Positions 1 to 12,629 of a stretch of 32,057 nucleotides of DNA are shown here, one piece after another. The notes under the pieces were generated by a model. It saw nothing but the letters and a program-made list of their open reading frames with translations, had not been told where the DNA came from and ran no database searches. The DNA comes from Asterionella formosa. Taxonomy: Eukaryota. The number at the start of each line of letters is the position of its first letter. The first letter of the stretch is position 1. Where the stretch lies: the NCBI GenBank assembly GCA_002256025.1, contig NKIB01000545.1, positions 1 to 32,057 on the forward strand. The letters run 5' to 3'. Both the position numbers and the translations under genes were made by a program.

Positions 1-127
1 AAGAACAAGACTAGATAGACTATTAACAGAAAGCTCACAATATTACAAAGTGTAAAGTGAAAATACGTTTTCAGCTTTAGAGATCTTAAAAGTAAGATCT
101 GTGATATTTCAACTAGACAATTTAACA
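1..127. mobile_element. Terminal part of an LTR, truncated by the window edge; inverted copy of 27680-27806
   Basis: 1-127 is the ungapped reverse complement of 27680-27806 with about 5 mismatches. It ends in ...CAATTTAACA. No primer-binding site follows, so it is a 3' or solo LTR. Confidence 0.75.
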
Positions 128-579
128 GCTCCAAACATCATGTTCAATTTTGCATTGATGTTGCATTTTGTTACAATCATTCTCGTCTGTTTTACGCTTG
201 TTGTACCATCTCTATGCACATTACCGTTATTCTGGTTGTCATACTAAAAATCGGCAATTTTAATGCCGAAAAATTCGATATGCCCCATATTGCCCCTAAA
301 TAAAATTTACTTAAGGAATTACTTAAAGCCTAAAAATTACTTAGAAGTACCCGAATGGCAAATATGGCTGGAGCGGGAATTGCCTTTAGCAGTCATGGAG
401 CGCGATAGGATTAGAAGCGCCAAAATGGCGCTGCTAGGATGATTAAAAGCCCCACATATTTCAACACTCCAACTGGTAGAGGAGTATCAGGTACCGTACC
501 ATGTACCACCGCGTGTTCGCAAGCCTTGTTCCCATCTGCATTCATCGTTTTAGAATTTCTTTGTTTATATTTCGAAATC

Positions 580-1626
580 ATGAGAAATAATAATAGTATC
601 AAAAGCGCAGCCGACTCACAGAGGTTTGCTATTGACAGCTTGGACGAGCATCAACTCCGTCAGGTTCTTCGCCATATAGCACTCATTCATCCTGCTATTG
701 TCGGTGCCGCTCTTGCAAATGTTATTGGAAATAACGACGAAACAGCTGTTGATACTGAACAAATGTCGAATTTGACAGAAACAAGATTTTTGTCCCGCTA
801 TGTTTCGAAGGGTCCTAAACTTCCGTCCCGGACTGTTTCAAAGGGTGAAGCATTGCCTCCAAAACGAATTTTTCGTGATGATGAAGATGATGCCGTCACT
901 ATTATCGAGCCTGAAACGATGCCATCAACTATTGGGAGACCATACAGCAAAGGAAAGTCTACCGAAAAACCATCACCGGAATCCGTAGTATCATTATCTC
1001 GCCCAAAACCTTCGCGAATGGAGCCCTCTATCGGTGACTTGAAACCTTTAATACTGGCTCACGAGGATGAGCTTCTCAGCGAGAATCTATTACCATCTCC
1101 TGCTTCAGAGTCTATCTCAGCCTCACCTTCCAGGGATGAAATTGCTTGCTATCTGGTGTATGAGCCTGGCTCTTCTGGAAAGTTAATTTTACACTATAGC
1201 GAAATATCATTGGACCATGCTATTGGAAAGTGGGTGCCAGGACCAGGGAAGAAAATTCAAGGTTTTAAAGTTACACAAAATAGCGGAAGGTCGGACTTGA
1301 TTGGAAATTGTGCAGGTGGCGTTTCTGGTCGCAAGAACTATTGTAGTGGTTGGTGTCAATTTGTTCGATCAGCCAAAGCATTGAATGGTACTTTAACTCT
1401 CCTGGAAGAAACTGGTACTGGTCTTCCTGTTGATGTATATTTCTACTTCAATGGCAGCAACTCTCAGACAGTCAAATTGCTGGCTGGTGTGCCCATTGAT
1501 GTTTCCAAAATTTTGGCAGTGGCATGTCTTCCAAAGCACACATCATTTTACACTAACTCCATTACAATCGATATCTTAAAGTGGCTTGGTGATGCAAATG
1601 GGATCGGGGCATCAAGCATGATGTAG
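580..1626 (+). CDS. Protein with C-terminal immune-mapped-protein (IMP1/IMP2)-like domain and a Pro/Ser-rich disordered middle
   Basis: The ORF is open from 439; ATG 580 (MRNNNS) is the likelier start. The C-terminal block CYLVYEPGSSGKLILHYS...AIGKW.PG..KKIQGFK.TQN.GRSDLI...KNYCSGWCQFVR resembles the apicomplexan IMP1/IMP2 N-terminal domain (recognised by eye). Confidence 0.65.
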   Translation: MRNNNSIKSAADSQRFAIDSLDEHQLRQVLRHIALIHPAIVGAALANVIGNNDETAVDTEQMSNLTETRFLSRYVSKGPKLPSRTVSKGEALPPKRIFRDDEDDAVTIIEPETMPSTIGRPYSKGKSTEKPSPESVVSLSRPKPSRMEPSIGDLKPLILAHEDELLSENLLPSPASESISASPSRDEIACYLVYEPGSSGKLILHYSEISLDHAIGKWVPGPGKKIQGFKVTQNSGRSDLIGNCAGGVSGRKNYCSGWCQFVRSAKALNGTLTLLEETGTGLPVDVYFYFNGSNSQTVKLLAGVPIDVSKILAVACLPKHTSFYTNSITIDILKWLGDANGIGASSMM

Positions 1627-2061
1627 GTATTGCTCTAGGGGAAATGGGATTTCTGGTCGTATAGTGATTTATCATGGGTGGGGTACCAGGAGCACTACAG
1701 TCATACCTAGTATACTAGGAAAAGTTTTAAAAAATGAAAAAAGCTGCTGTGGAACTTTTATCATCATTGAATGTACATAAGCTTTAACTGGTCAATTCAC
1801 CTCATGAATCTTATGTTTGTACAAGTGGTGGTACATAAGAACCAGTACACTACTGGGTACTACCAGGATGTATGGCTGGTTGCAACCTGAAGATCAATAT
1901 ACCAGTAGTACATAGGATATGTAGGCCTTGTATAGATTTTCTTTTGCATTTAAAAATTAAGAGTAAAAATTGTAATGCACACAAAAATTGATGCAAATTC
2001 TTTGTTATATATATTGCCCCCAGCTCATTTCCCTGCAAAAGAAGATATGTAGCATTGATCT

Positions 2062-2535
<474 letters not shown>

Positions 2536-4645
2536 CGTCATTCAATTCAAGTGGAGTATGCTTCAATGATACCAAGATTATTCATCAATCTAATTGAATA
2601 TTCTAGACACTGTTGTCATGTCCAACTTGTATCATCCTCTTCCTCCTGAACAAGTCAAATCAATTTGTTGTGACACTTTATCACGTACATCATGGCCTGC
2701 TCCTTGCTTATCATTGGATTTCGATTACCATCATGTTAAGATAGATATATGATGAAAGAATGTGCACCATAGGATAATATTTTGATTACTGTTTGATGTG
2801 TTGTTTATTATAAGTAGTATACTTGACTTGATGAGCATGTATTTATACTATACATTTATCAAACATAGAACAAAATAAGTATCATGTGGCAAAAAATTCT
2901 GTGCCACATATCATATGATACCCATGATCTTATAAATGCGATATTTTTGATTTGCAGACGTCCTTGTTAGTCCCCGCCACTAGCAATAATAATCAACAAG
3001 CTGCATCTTTTCCTCCTCCTTCTTGTTGTGCATCTTTTCCTTCTCCTTCTTGTTGTTCACTTGTCCTTCTCCATTTTCTCGAATTCAATTCATCGCCTAG
3101 ACAAGTCATAGTAATTTTACTATTGGAATCAAAACCAGTATGGAAAGAAACTTCTTTACCTCATAGACGAGGTGAAGTGCCATTATTTGATAGCTTGAAC
3201 CTACAATAAAATTTAATTGACATTGCTTAATGATGGGTGTGCAAACAATATGAATTTTGATCTGGCAATAAATCATGGAGATATTGTTGCTCCTGTCGAG
3301 TACCATTTTCTTTCCTGTGATGTTTTATATTTTCGCTATCTCTGAGAAAGATGTCGAGAGTGAAGCACTTCAATGACAGAAGCGCAAGAAGCATAGTTGA
3401 GAAACAATGATACAACAAAACTTTCACCAATTTGGACTACATACATCATTTTGCATGAAACAACCAGAGCTGATATTTCCCTTTACATTCACTCAACAAT
3501 TCACTGATCCTTCAATTACATTGAAAGGAGCACTGAGCGAGAGAGAGAGACATGACTTTAATGAAATGCATGTAAACCATGAGATTTCTGGAATAAGGAA
3601 TCTTGACACTGTCCAAATCGTCGTTGGTAAATTTACCGCAAGTTGTACAGTTCTGTACCATGTAAGGGTATTTCTTTAGGGTACCGGGTACAACCAGGTG
3701 GACACAGGTACAGACACATACATTATCAGTAGAATAATTGAATCACAAAATGGAGAACCAACAAAATGCAACCTGCACCGCCCATGATGACACTGGCATT
3801 ATGGATGGGAGTGTTGATGGGCTGTCAACAATCATCGTCCTGTTATAATTAATCAGTCGGAGGCACAGCTACACTATTGCATGTCTCAGGCCTCGATCAT
3901 TTATCATAGACTTCTATCCCTTAGGTACCTGTTACAAAGTTATGATACGTTCACGACTGATGACGCAGTCAAAAATGATCAGCTTCATCAGTTGTTACTT
4001 GTTGAAGTACTGGCAAATGTCATGTTCATGACAAGAAAGCAGCGATGCGACGTGATCTTGAAAATTTCTCCTGTCGTCTCTCCTCTCTGTTGTAAGTTAC
4101 AATATTCTAGCCATGAAAAAGACGAAGCGCGTCGCGAAAGGGTCCCAATCGCAAGCCTCCCGATGGGATCTGATACTACCGTGCGAGATTCAAATGATGG
4201 AAAGAGTCGGATTTGCCCTATTTGTATCAAACCTAGGATGAATTTCACAGTAATACTAGCCTCATTTCGTGATATGATCACGCAATGAGTTTGGCTCGGT
4301 CGGGAGCCTGGTCAAAGCCTCCAGGGGATCCACATGCTCTTTCCAACTCATGACGGGGACTAATGCGGATCTATGCAGTCAGCTTGGATTCACAATTAAC
4401 GCCGCCAACATGTTCGACTTATACAACGCGATTGATGCATATTATGCCATCTCTAACTACTTATGTCATCCTATAATGTGCAGGTTCTATTTTTTTGTGG
4501 GAATCAAATGAAAGGAGGAGCAACCTTATTAATATCCAAAAATCTCCGATGGACTTGATTGCTTCAACATGGTCGCATCCCACTGGTGATGTAGGCGTTG
4601 GAAAGATTGGCTTGAAGTATCCCCCATTACATCAATGAGGTTTCA

Positions 4646-6434
4646 TTACAAAGTAATAGTTGCATTTTCGTCGCGGTCACTATCATCACTGAGACCGCTC
4701 ATTGGGGTGCAACATTCCACGTCTTTTTCATCCTCGTTCGGATCATTAACTTCATCCAACAACCCCCGCAATGTATCGTAGCTAGCCATATCTTCTGAAA
4801 TACTTCGTTCCAGAACCAGCAATGTCTTTTGCGCAAATGTCTTATTTGCTTCTGATTCCGACAGAATCATGGCATCCTTGAGTGCCAAAACAAGGGCAGG
4901 ATTTTGTACCATTCGCTCTGCCGTATCGTGAATAGCAAGGTTATGGATGGTATCAAATGCCCGTTCTTTGACTTGTCCGTCAGGGTCATTTAGAGCGGCG
5001 TCCGTCAAAATTTCCAAAACCATCCCATTCTGGAAATGAACAAGCTCTAGTTTGATACGACGAGGAGCTGCAGCCATATTGCGGAGTGCTCCAATGGAAT
5101 GCCGACGGGACTGCAGCATCATATCGGATACAGTACGCCCCTTCTTGAATGGAGACTCGCGAAAAACAGCCAGCAAGCACAAAACTTGAAGTAGTGCTTG
5201 ATCCTCAGACATGGGGATGCGATTCTCAGGCGCCCAGGACAAATTGACAAGCGCCCTTGTGGCTATGGACTGAGTATGGATGACCTCAACTCCGATTTCT
5301 ACGGAATCATCGTGGTGGACTCGGCGAGATGCCAATCTAACTAGTATTGTCAATAAGTTGGGTTGGCATGCCATCATCACCATATTCTCGGTGTTACATG
5401 CGAGATTTGCCAAGATCCAAAGTGAATTGAGACGGGCTTCAGCAGGGATAAGAGAGTATGGCTGGGTCATTAAAACATTTATGAGTGACGCCAAGAGACC
5501 TGGGTAGTAGGCCATGGGTTGAGTAGCGGCTCCGACTCGAGCAAAGTGACCCATTACCTTGGTAGCTTTCCGAAGGACGATATCGCCATCTCGTCGGCCT
5601 CCTTCATCAGATATAGATTGCGTTGTGGCCACAGAACCACAGTGCGTAGTTGATTGAGTCATAGCGAAGTTCGCAGATTCATCGTCACTCCCAGTGTCTT
5701 GCTGCATATCTTCCACCTTACACATAGCGACCTCCATTGATTGTTCCTTATGATTGCATCGCCTGCTGATTTCATCATTTATCAGGTGAATTAGAATCGA
5801 GAGTGTATCAACCCCGTACTTATGAAAGGACGAGGAGACTGCCGCCGGGCTGGCTCGATAGATCATTTCCAGAGCCTCACATGTACAACTAAGTTCATAG
5901 GGTAGTGTGGCCTCGGCTCCTTTATGTCCAAGAATGAATCCAATATGTTTGATCAATGCTGCATCCGCCCCTAGCTCGATCTCTTCATCATGGAGCGACT
6001 GCATATTGTGCTCAAACGCAGTGGTCGCTGTGTAGATCGCTTCGCGACGCTCATCGTAGGATACGGCGTTGAAAATAGCTTAGGAAGGATTGAGGTTAGT
6101 GCATACAGTGGAACAGCCAAGTTGGATTACAGGATTGCTGTGGAAAACTTGCAACAGAATTCCAGACGGGTGAACACTTACATTCGATAACATGCTTACC
6201 AGTCATTGATGTGAAGACCTTTCGTCGCTTGTTTTCTGGGATTTCAATGACCACAGTTCGCGGATCATGAGTGACTCGTTTACTGATATTCCCGCTGAAT
6301 CCTGCTCCGTCCTTGGCAAACCTGGCATCATGATCCGGATCACAAGATTCTGAGTGAGTTTCCTTGCTGTCAACCATCTTGTCTAACGATTGAATTGATT
6401 CACGATACCGTGGATCGATCATTGCTTCTGCCAT
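4646..6434 (-). CDS. Armadillo/HEAT-like repeat protein, about 561 aa; exons 6434-6182 and 6078-4646
   Basis: Intron 6181-6079 (103 bp) has a GTAAGT donor, an ACTAAC branch site and a CCTAAG acceptor. Splicing joins MAEAMID...KHVIE in frame to SIFNAVSYDERR...MQSLHDE. ARM-like motifs: LWILANLACNTEN, ALVNLSWAPENR, GALRNMAAA, TIHNLA. Confidence 0.85.
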
Positions 6435-7481
6435 GATGTTGATTCAGTTTGGCTGTCTTGGGTTGAGTGGCGCCGAAATATTCTTGAAGTAAGTGTCACC
6501 GGTCAGGAAAATCAGTGTAATGCTTGTTTTGTGAAATTGGAAATATACCTAAAAACCCGCTGTGTACTAGTTACGGCTCACGACTCTAGCAATGGGAATT
6601 TCAAGCGTTTACAGTCGCTTCTCTATTCTCAGCCGCAAGAATAATCGCAGTTATTTCTGGAGGACGGCTTCGCAAGAAAAAGTGAAGGCATCATCAGCAC
6701 GCAAGCGTCATTCATGTCATGATTTGACAGACGGCTTCAAGGCCACGGACTGAGCCTAGATAAGCAAGGCAGAATGCTCGTTGACAGTCGAAGTCTTAAC
6801 ATACATACATATACGTATATGTCTATAAACAGGAAGAAATACAATAAAACTTAAATTTCGCATACCGGTATACTGGTAGCTCTATTAAAACATGTCTACC
6901 GTTCGTATTATGTGTATCTCTATTTATTGGATTGGATCGTGGCATACAGGTGGTGTCACCAATTCGTCGTCATTCAATAGTAAATAGAATACCAGCATCA
7001 GTATGTAGGGGTCTACCCGGGATTATGCAACTGGTGCGTACCTGTTACCTGGTACCAGGTTGTAACCCGGTACCAGGGTACCAGGTACCGGTACCTACCA
7101 CGACCCCGGTACCCGGTACTATATTATTATATTATGGGACCATGTCGTTGAGAAAACCGCTATACACTCCATGACCGTATGTACTTTTAGTCGGTGGTGG
7201 TACCAGGTACACATGCAGTGCATGTGATACGGGTATGCAAATCAGGGTTCTGAATTGGTTGACATGCATTTTGGACTGGTATCGTACCTGGTACATATTC
7301 ATTCAGTACATACATGATAGTAACACAGCCAGCAGTTTTTGATTTAACTAGTATGGGCAAAATATTACCGGTGCTACAGTTCTTTGTACCCGGTAGGAAA
7401 AGTTTGTGCTGATTGAGTTTGGCTTCAAGTTTTAATATTTCGTCAGTAGAACCTACATTGTTAAGGCCGAGCAGCTGTCAT

Positions 7482-8864
7482 TCACACAACAGTTGAGCTG
7501 GGTGCAACAGACGGCAGGCATGTAGGATTTATCGTTGGAAACCCGGTCGGGAAATCCGATGGTCCCATCGATGGCATCAATGTTGGATAAATCGTCGGAG
7601 GTCCAGTTGGTACATCCGTTGGTTCCATAGATGGCATGGGACTCCTTGACGGCGAGGCGCTGGCGAAACCCAATAGTTCGTTGTTCGTATTGACAACCTC
7701 CAAAACGTCACCAATGCTCCAGAAGTCAACAACCAAAATATTAACTCGTTTTTCAACAATTTCATGGCATGCATCCAAGCGCACTTGCAAATTATGGGCT
7801 GTGTTGACCATCTCAGCGATCTGACGGTCCGGAAAGTGCCAATGATTTCCAGCAAAATGATTGGAAATGAAGAATGCATAGCTGTGATCTCCTCGAGTAA
7901 TTAGACAAGTATCTGTAACATTCAAAAGCGCGGCTGCTCCCACTGCCTTGTATGTGGTCTCAAAAGCATACGTATACGTGTCGTGAACTCCTTTTGGACA
8001 AAATCCTGGCTCTTGACAGTTTCCGCCGTCATGCTGGAAAATTATCAGCCTCTGAAAAATATGTAATATAGTGGTGAAACTGCATGTCAGAAAGAATTCA
8101 AAAGGAAATTGAAATTTTGTCGATGTGAAGTTCCTCACCTTATTGCTGTCGATCAAATCTTTCATTAAAGGCCATTCTATCTCGACACCAGGATGATCAT
8201 AGACAATGTTTGAAAACCCTGGAATGCTAAATATCGTTTCCATGAGTTGTACCAAGGTCCCTTGGCCAATTTCCAGTTCAATGATCACGACTTCTTCGCG
8301 ATTGTGTGTAAGAAAGTCAAGAATTGCAGTGAAGGTTGGAGTAACTTTTCGATGACCAAGAGCGCAAACATCATGACAAAGTACAAGACCGAAAACAGGA
8401 CAGTCACAAGAATCTATAAACAGGGCTCGAAACCCCGCACGGAGAGCATCCTGAGACATTAGGACCATGTAAGTATTACGATCATTTCGATCAAGACCAG
8501 ATGAATGCAGGCCCAAACTTACCTCCATAGAAAATATATTATTCGGTTTCAGAAATCTGTTGCTTTGTGCACTCATAGCGTTATGGACACCAGGAAACAT
8601 GACTTCATTAACTCTCCAGCCGCAATTTGAGGCAAGGCCGTTGCACCTCTGGATGTGTTCGTGTCCTGTCAATGGACGTGAGGACGACGAGCGCGACTTT
8701 GTCCCACCGTTAAAAATTCCGATTTGCCACAATGTTAATGCAGCGATCGTGACGCAAAAGAATGCTGCTAGAGCAACTCCAAAGGCTAAGGCATATAGTA
8801 CCAGTTGTGAAGTAAAGTTGGGATTCTTTGCTTTGTCAGTTTCTGCTGTCTCAAAGTCCATCAT
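7482..8864 (-). CDS. Membrane-anchored PI-PLC-like phosphodiesterase with a C-terminal PT/PS repeat; about 407 aa after splicing; introns 8522-8451 and 8138-8052
   Basis: N-terminal TM helix. PLC-like motifs CNG...C..RVNEVMFPGVHNAMS, ALRAGFRALFID, LCH..C, FL..N.EEVVIIELE and R.NILVVDFWSIGDV. Two GT-AG introns (GTAAGT..TCTCAG, 72 bp; GTGAGG..TTTCAG, 87 bp). PSxxPT repeats at the C-terminus. Confidence 0.85.
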   Translation of the reverse strand: MMDFETAETDKAKNPNFTSQLVLYALAFGVALAAFFCVTIAALTLWQIGIFNGGTKSRSSSSRPLTGHEHIQRCNGLASNCGWRVNEVMFPGVHNAMSAQSNRFLKPNNIFSMEVSLGLHSSGLDRNDRNTYMVLMSQDALRAGFRALFIDSCDCPVFGLVLCHDVCALGHRKVTPTFTAILDFLTHNREEVVIIELEIGQGTLVQLMETIFSIPGFSNIVYDHPGVEIEWPLMKDLIDSNKVRNFTSTKFQFPFEFFLTCSFTTILHIFQRLIIFQHDGGNCQEPGFCPKGVHDTYTYAFETTYKAVGAAALLNVTDTCLITRGDHSYAFFISNHFAGNHWHFPDRQIAEMVNTAHNLQVRLDACHEIVEKRVNILVVDFWSIGDVLEVVNTNNELLGFASASPSRSPMPSMEPTDVPTGPPTIYPTLMPSMGPSDFPTGFPTINPTCLPSVAPSSTVV

Positions 8865-9369
8865 TTTGAAATTTTGTGAGAGGAGCGTCGATGAAAAATG
8901 AGAGATACCCCACGATTCATGTAGTTATATGAACTGTAGTTTTGCTACACAAAATAAGCAGCCATTCTTATTTTCTCCTTGCTTGTCATATGGCTGTCCA
9001 CAATCAAGATATTAATGTCTGGGGATTCATCTCCCTCTGAATCCCCGCCTAAAGGGCATGCATGACGATAACATTTTCAAAATCGAGAATCTTCATGCAA
9101 CAAATTAACAAGGCTTAGCAATATATCTATGGTAGTTCGGTTTCAAATTCAATCCAACGATAACGAAGATTAAAAAACCAGTTTCAAATTCATTCTTACC
9201 AACAAAAAAATGAGGGAAATAAGCAAAATGTAGTATATATACCGGCATGCTTGCCTGTTCTTCGATCGTCTGAATTTTACGCTGGTAACAACCGCATATA
9301 TTAGTATTTCTGTACCTGGTACCGTCTGCGCAGTTTACATACAGCATACGTACCGGTATATACCAAGCA

Positions 9370-9453
9370 AGTTGCGGTAATTTTGCTGAAACTAAAGATT
9401 TAGCTATCTTTATCCAAGATTAAAATGTTAGTTTAAGCAAAATGACTGCAACT
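9370..9453. repeat. Small hairpin/MITE-like element
   Basis: Arms AGTTGCGGTAATTTTGCTGAAACT (9370-9393) and AGTTTAAGCAAAATGACTGCAACT (9430-9453) are inverted with 3/24 mismatches. Confidence 0.6.
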
Positions 9454-10635
9454 GGCAGATATATGCCGGTACCTTTATTCTTGTACATGGTCTATTTTTT
9501 CCCTGGGCGAAAGCAATAGAGCGTCAAATCTTAAAATTTGTCCGGGGCCCACATGCAACCTTCGCCGTAGTAGGCAAATGTTTGTATTTTCCGGATTGTT
9601 CTAGCCTGTTTTTCCTATAGCTAAAACTTCTTTCACCGACGTTTTAGTATAGCCTCTCAATAAATGCCTATAGTACTTTATTTTACACCATTCTTATTTT
9701 GGAAAAATCAGCCATTAAGATACCCCTCGAGCACAATATAGCATGAGAAAACCACTATCAATGTTAAATCAACCAGCTGATCGACCATGGTGGTGCTTTT
9801 GGTTGCATTGGTGAACTAATGAACAGGTCTAATGATAACAAACTATAGGAATTAATTATAAGATACTATCAAATGTTTTGAGGCACTTTGACAATCTGAC
9901 GGATCTGTAGGCCGCCCATTTGCTAGGCGATTTGCATGCAATAGCATTTCCAAAAATTGACCTTCGAACAATCCATCTGCGAATCACAATTTGCCACACC
10001 TCCATCACTTAACTACACCTTTCCATTGAACAACCCGTTTATTGCTTCCCTTGTCCTTGCTGCTCAGTTGATTGTTGTTATACTTGAAATCTCCGACAAT
10101 TGGTTCCTTGTCTGATTGCCAATGTCCGCCCTGCAGGATATTTCTTGGACTTTCAATATGCCAGTTTTCTTGCAGTCAACCCGTTCCTTGTACTGTAGTT
10201 AAAGCTGCTGCCGCAAGAAGAAGGAGGTACGAAAAAGGAAAACTTGAGTAAGATTCTGGTGGATAATGTTGTGCTTCAATATCCGGTCTGCTGGTCATCA
10301 CTTACTGTTAAGGGGTACCTCAGTTTACTTGCCACATGAGGGAGTGCTGAGTACCAGGTTTTTACCAGGAAGGTCCTCTAGCACACGCTTATGCGAACCT
10401 TTTCAGTTTCGATTCACTCCCAATGATTCGTCCCATGCCTGCCAGACGAGATGGGCCAGCTTTCGATGGAAATAACATTCCTTAAGTAAATTAGGAAAAC
10501 GTTACTCTTATTGACCGATGACGATTTGCAGAATCAGTGTCTGAACACTACTCGGATTTGCTGACTGATAAACTAGTTCAGCAAACCGTCTTCTAGCTGT
10601 GGAATACAAATAGGAATCATCTCTTTCTTCGTTTA

Positions 10636-10768
10636 AAACCTGCTGAAAATGACTAGAACCTGCTGAAAATGATTAGAATTTGCTGACAACCACTAGAATT
10701 TACTGACAATGACTAACTAAGTTTTGCTGACTACAACAAGAAATTGCTGACAACGACTAGAACTTGCA
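10636..10768. repeat. 20-bp minisatellite, array A (consensus GAAATTGCTGACAACGACTA)
   Basis: About 6 degenerate tandem units; a related array lies at 11555-11650. Confidence 0.85.
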
Positions 10769-10883
10769 AATACGAATAAATTTTTTGAATGAACCTTATG
10801 TCTATGACGTATATACATGAACAGACACAACCACTGTCGATTCAACAGCCTACTGGGGTACACAGTAATACCCTGGTACCAAG

Positions 10884-10951
10884 GAAGGTCCGGTAATCGA
10901 GATATTTAGTTTCGTCTCTTCCTAAGTAAAAAAGTGTTTTACCGGACCTTC
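10884..10951. repeat. Small hairpin/MITE-like element, related to 28343-28413
   Basis: Perfect 13-bp inverted arms GAAGGTCCGGTAA / TTACCGGACCTTC. Confidence 0.65.
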
Positions 10952-11554
10952 ACAGGTAGAGCAATATTTGAAATCAAAAAATACATATCATATATCTCTT
11001 ACTATGGCTGGGATATCTCATATGATGTACCCGAAGTACCATAGTCTTTGTAGACGCTAGCATATAATTATTTAGCCTAGATGTTGTCATTTGTTTCTAT
11101 AAATAAAATACTACAGTGTAGTCGTTGTGAGCGACTGGAGAATACTGCACCATCATGTCCTCGTCTCAGCCTTGACCATGACAAATATAACAAACATTTC
11201 CTTGAAAAATGAAAATGAGGCTTTGCTATTTGGTTAGATGTAGGCTATTAAGCACGAGGACATTGACAATACAATCGTAAAAGAATTATTTTAATATAAC
11301 TAATATTGACAACAAAAAGGGAAGTCGCCGAAGGCTTACTTTTTCAAGTAATTTATAAATGTGTAATTCAGAATCATGGTCATACAAACAGATTTGACAC
11401 TTTCACACTATGCAACACTCTACACTACGGTAGCCTGTAGGGCTAACCAAATTTTGTTTGATTCTCTATTTAAATAATATCAATTAATATTCCATTGACA
11501 TTTTCAAAATCATTCATTTGTCAATGATTAGTGATCCAGTTGGTGACTGCATAT

Positions 11555-11650
11555 GACTAGAAATCTGCTGACAATGATTAGAACTTATTGATAATGATTA
11601 GAAATTGCTGACAACGACTACAAATTGCTGACTACAACTAGAAGTTATTG
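11555..11650. repeat. 20-bp minisatellite, array B
   Basis: About 4-5 units of the same consensus as array A. Both arrays flank the 14-mer AGCAAACCGTCTTC (10580-10593 and 11667-11680). Confidence 0.8.
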
Positions 11651-11969
11651 ATTGGTGAACCGTATAAGCAAACCGTCTTCCAGTTGCTGAATATCAATAG
11701 TAGTAAGTGAACAAAATTTCGATGATCAGAACACAAGCAACTTGGATTTAATGAATGATAATTTAACATTTAAGAAAGTAGAGAGTTTGGAATGGAAAGC
11801 CAGCCTATTTCATCTGGTTGTCCATCGACAGAGTTGTTCCATTGAAGTTTGTATCAATTCTGAAAGTACAAGTAACACTGTGTTTGATTTTGGCAATGGA
11901 ATTGCCAGACTCCTTCTTTAAATGAGTAGCCCATGTAGGTGATTAAACATTTCAGAGGTCAACTGCTCC

Positions 11970-12075
11970 CTGTGTGACAGCATCACCATGTTCACCATGA
12001 CCATCAAGGACATACAACACCAACGTGTTGGTGGCATCAGCCATGACCAATGCATCCTGGTTCTTGGATACCCCA
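11970..12075 (-). pseudogene. PP2C/PPM protein phosphatase gene fragment
   Basis: Translation SKNQDALVMADATNTLVLYVLDGHGEHGDAVTQ contains PP2C motifs 1-2 (NQD; DGHG). The rest of the domain is missing and a stop follows shortly. Confidence 0.75.
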
Positions 12076-12629
12076 TCAATCATTTCACTAACACCTGTTG
12101 TGGTGAGACAATCATGGTGCATCTTCTGGAACTTAACTACTCCCAAACTGGAGGCCTGATGCGTTTTTCTAGAGCAGGTGAATTAGCATGATGAGGGTTA
12201 GCATTTCATTTTGTTGACCAGTGTCGATGTCATCATGGAAATAAGTCTTTATCCTTAGTGGCGTTTAATGCCGAGTAATAATAGTGACAAAATTCGAATG
12301 CTGCATGTTTGCGATGACATGAAAAAACGGCTAGCGGTAGCTAACTGCCACTGTTTTGCCGTCACTGGGAGCGCTTCGAAATTAAAAAAGATTAAATCAT
12401 GTGTATTATTATAGCATAAATTACTGTACTCATAACCCCAAAATTTGTGTTTGGGTTGACCAAATTTGGTAACTCTGGTTCGCACCTCAGTTAAAAATAA
12501 TAGTGCATTATATAAAATTATGTTTATTCGTGCTGTATGACTACATATAATTTGCCGGAATATTTCAAGACTTGCTTGCTCATACCCGAAATGGCCTGCT
12601 CTCAGCAAAAAAGGTATGCATAATTACAA

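Noticed and set aside
3881..4288. 135-aa ORF with CPIC, possible RING-finger remnant
   Set aside because: Only one CxxC is present and the other RING ligands are not identifiable; too weak to call.
10636..11650. 20-bp repeats as a possible CRISPR array
   Set aside because: The units are contiguous and degenerate, with no unique spacers, no cas genes and a eukaryotic context.
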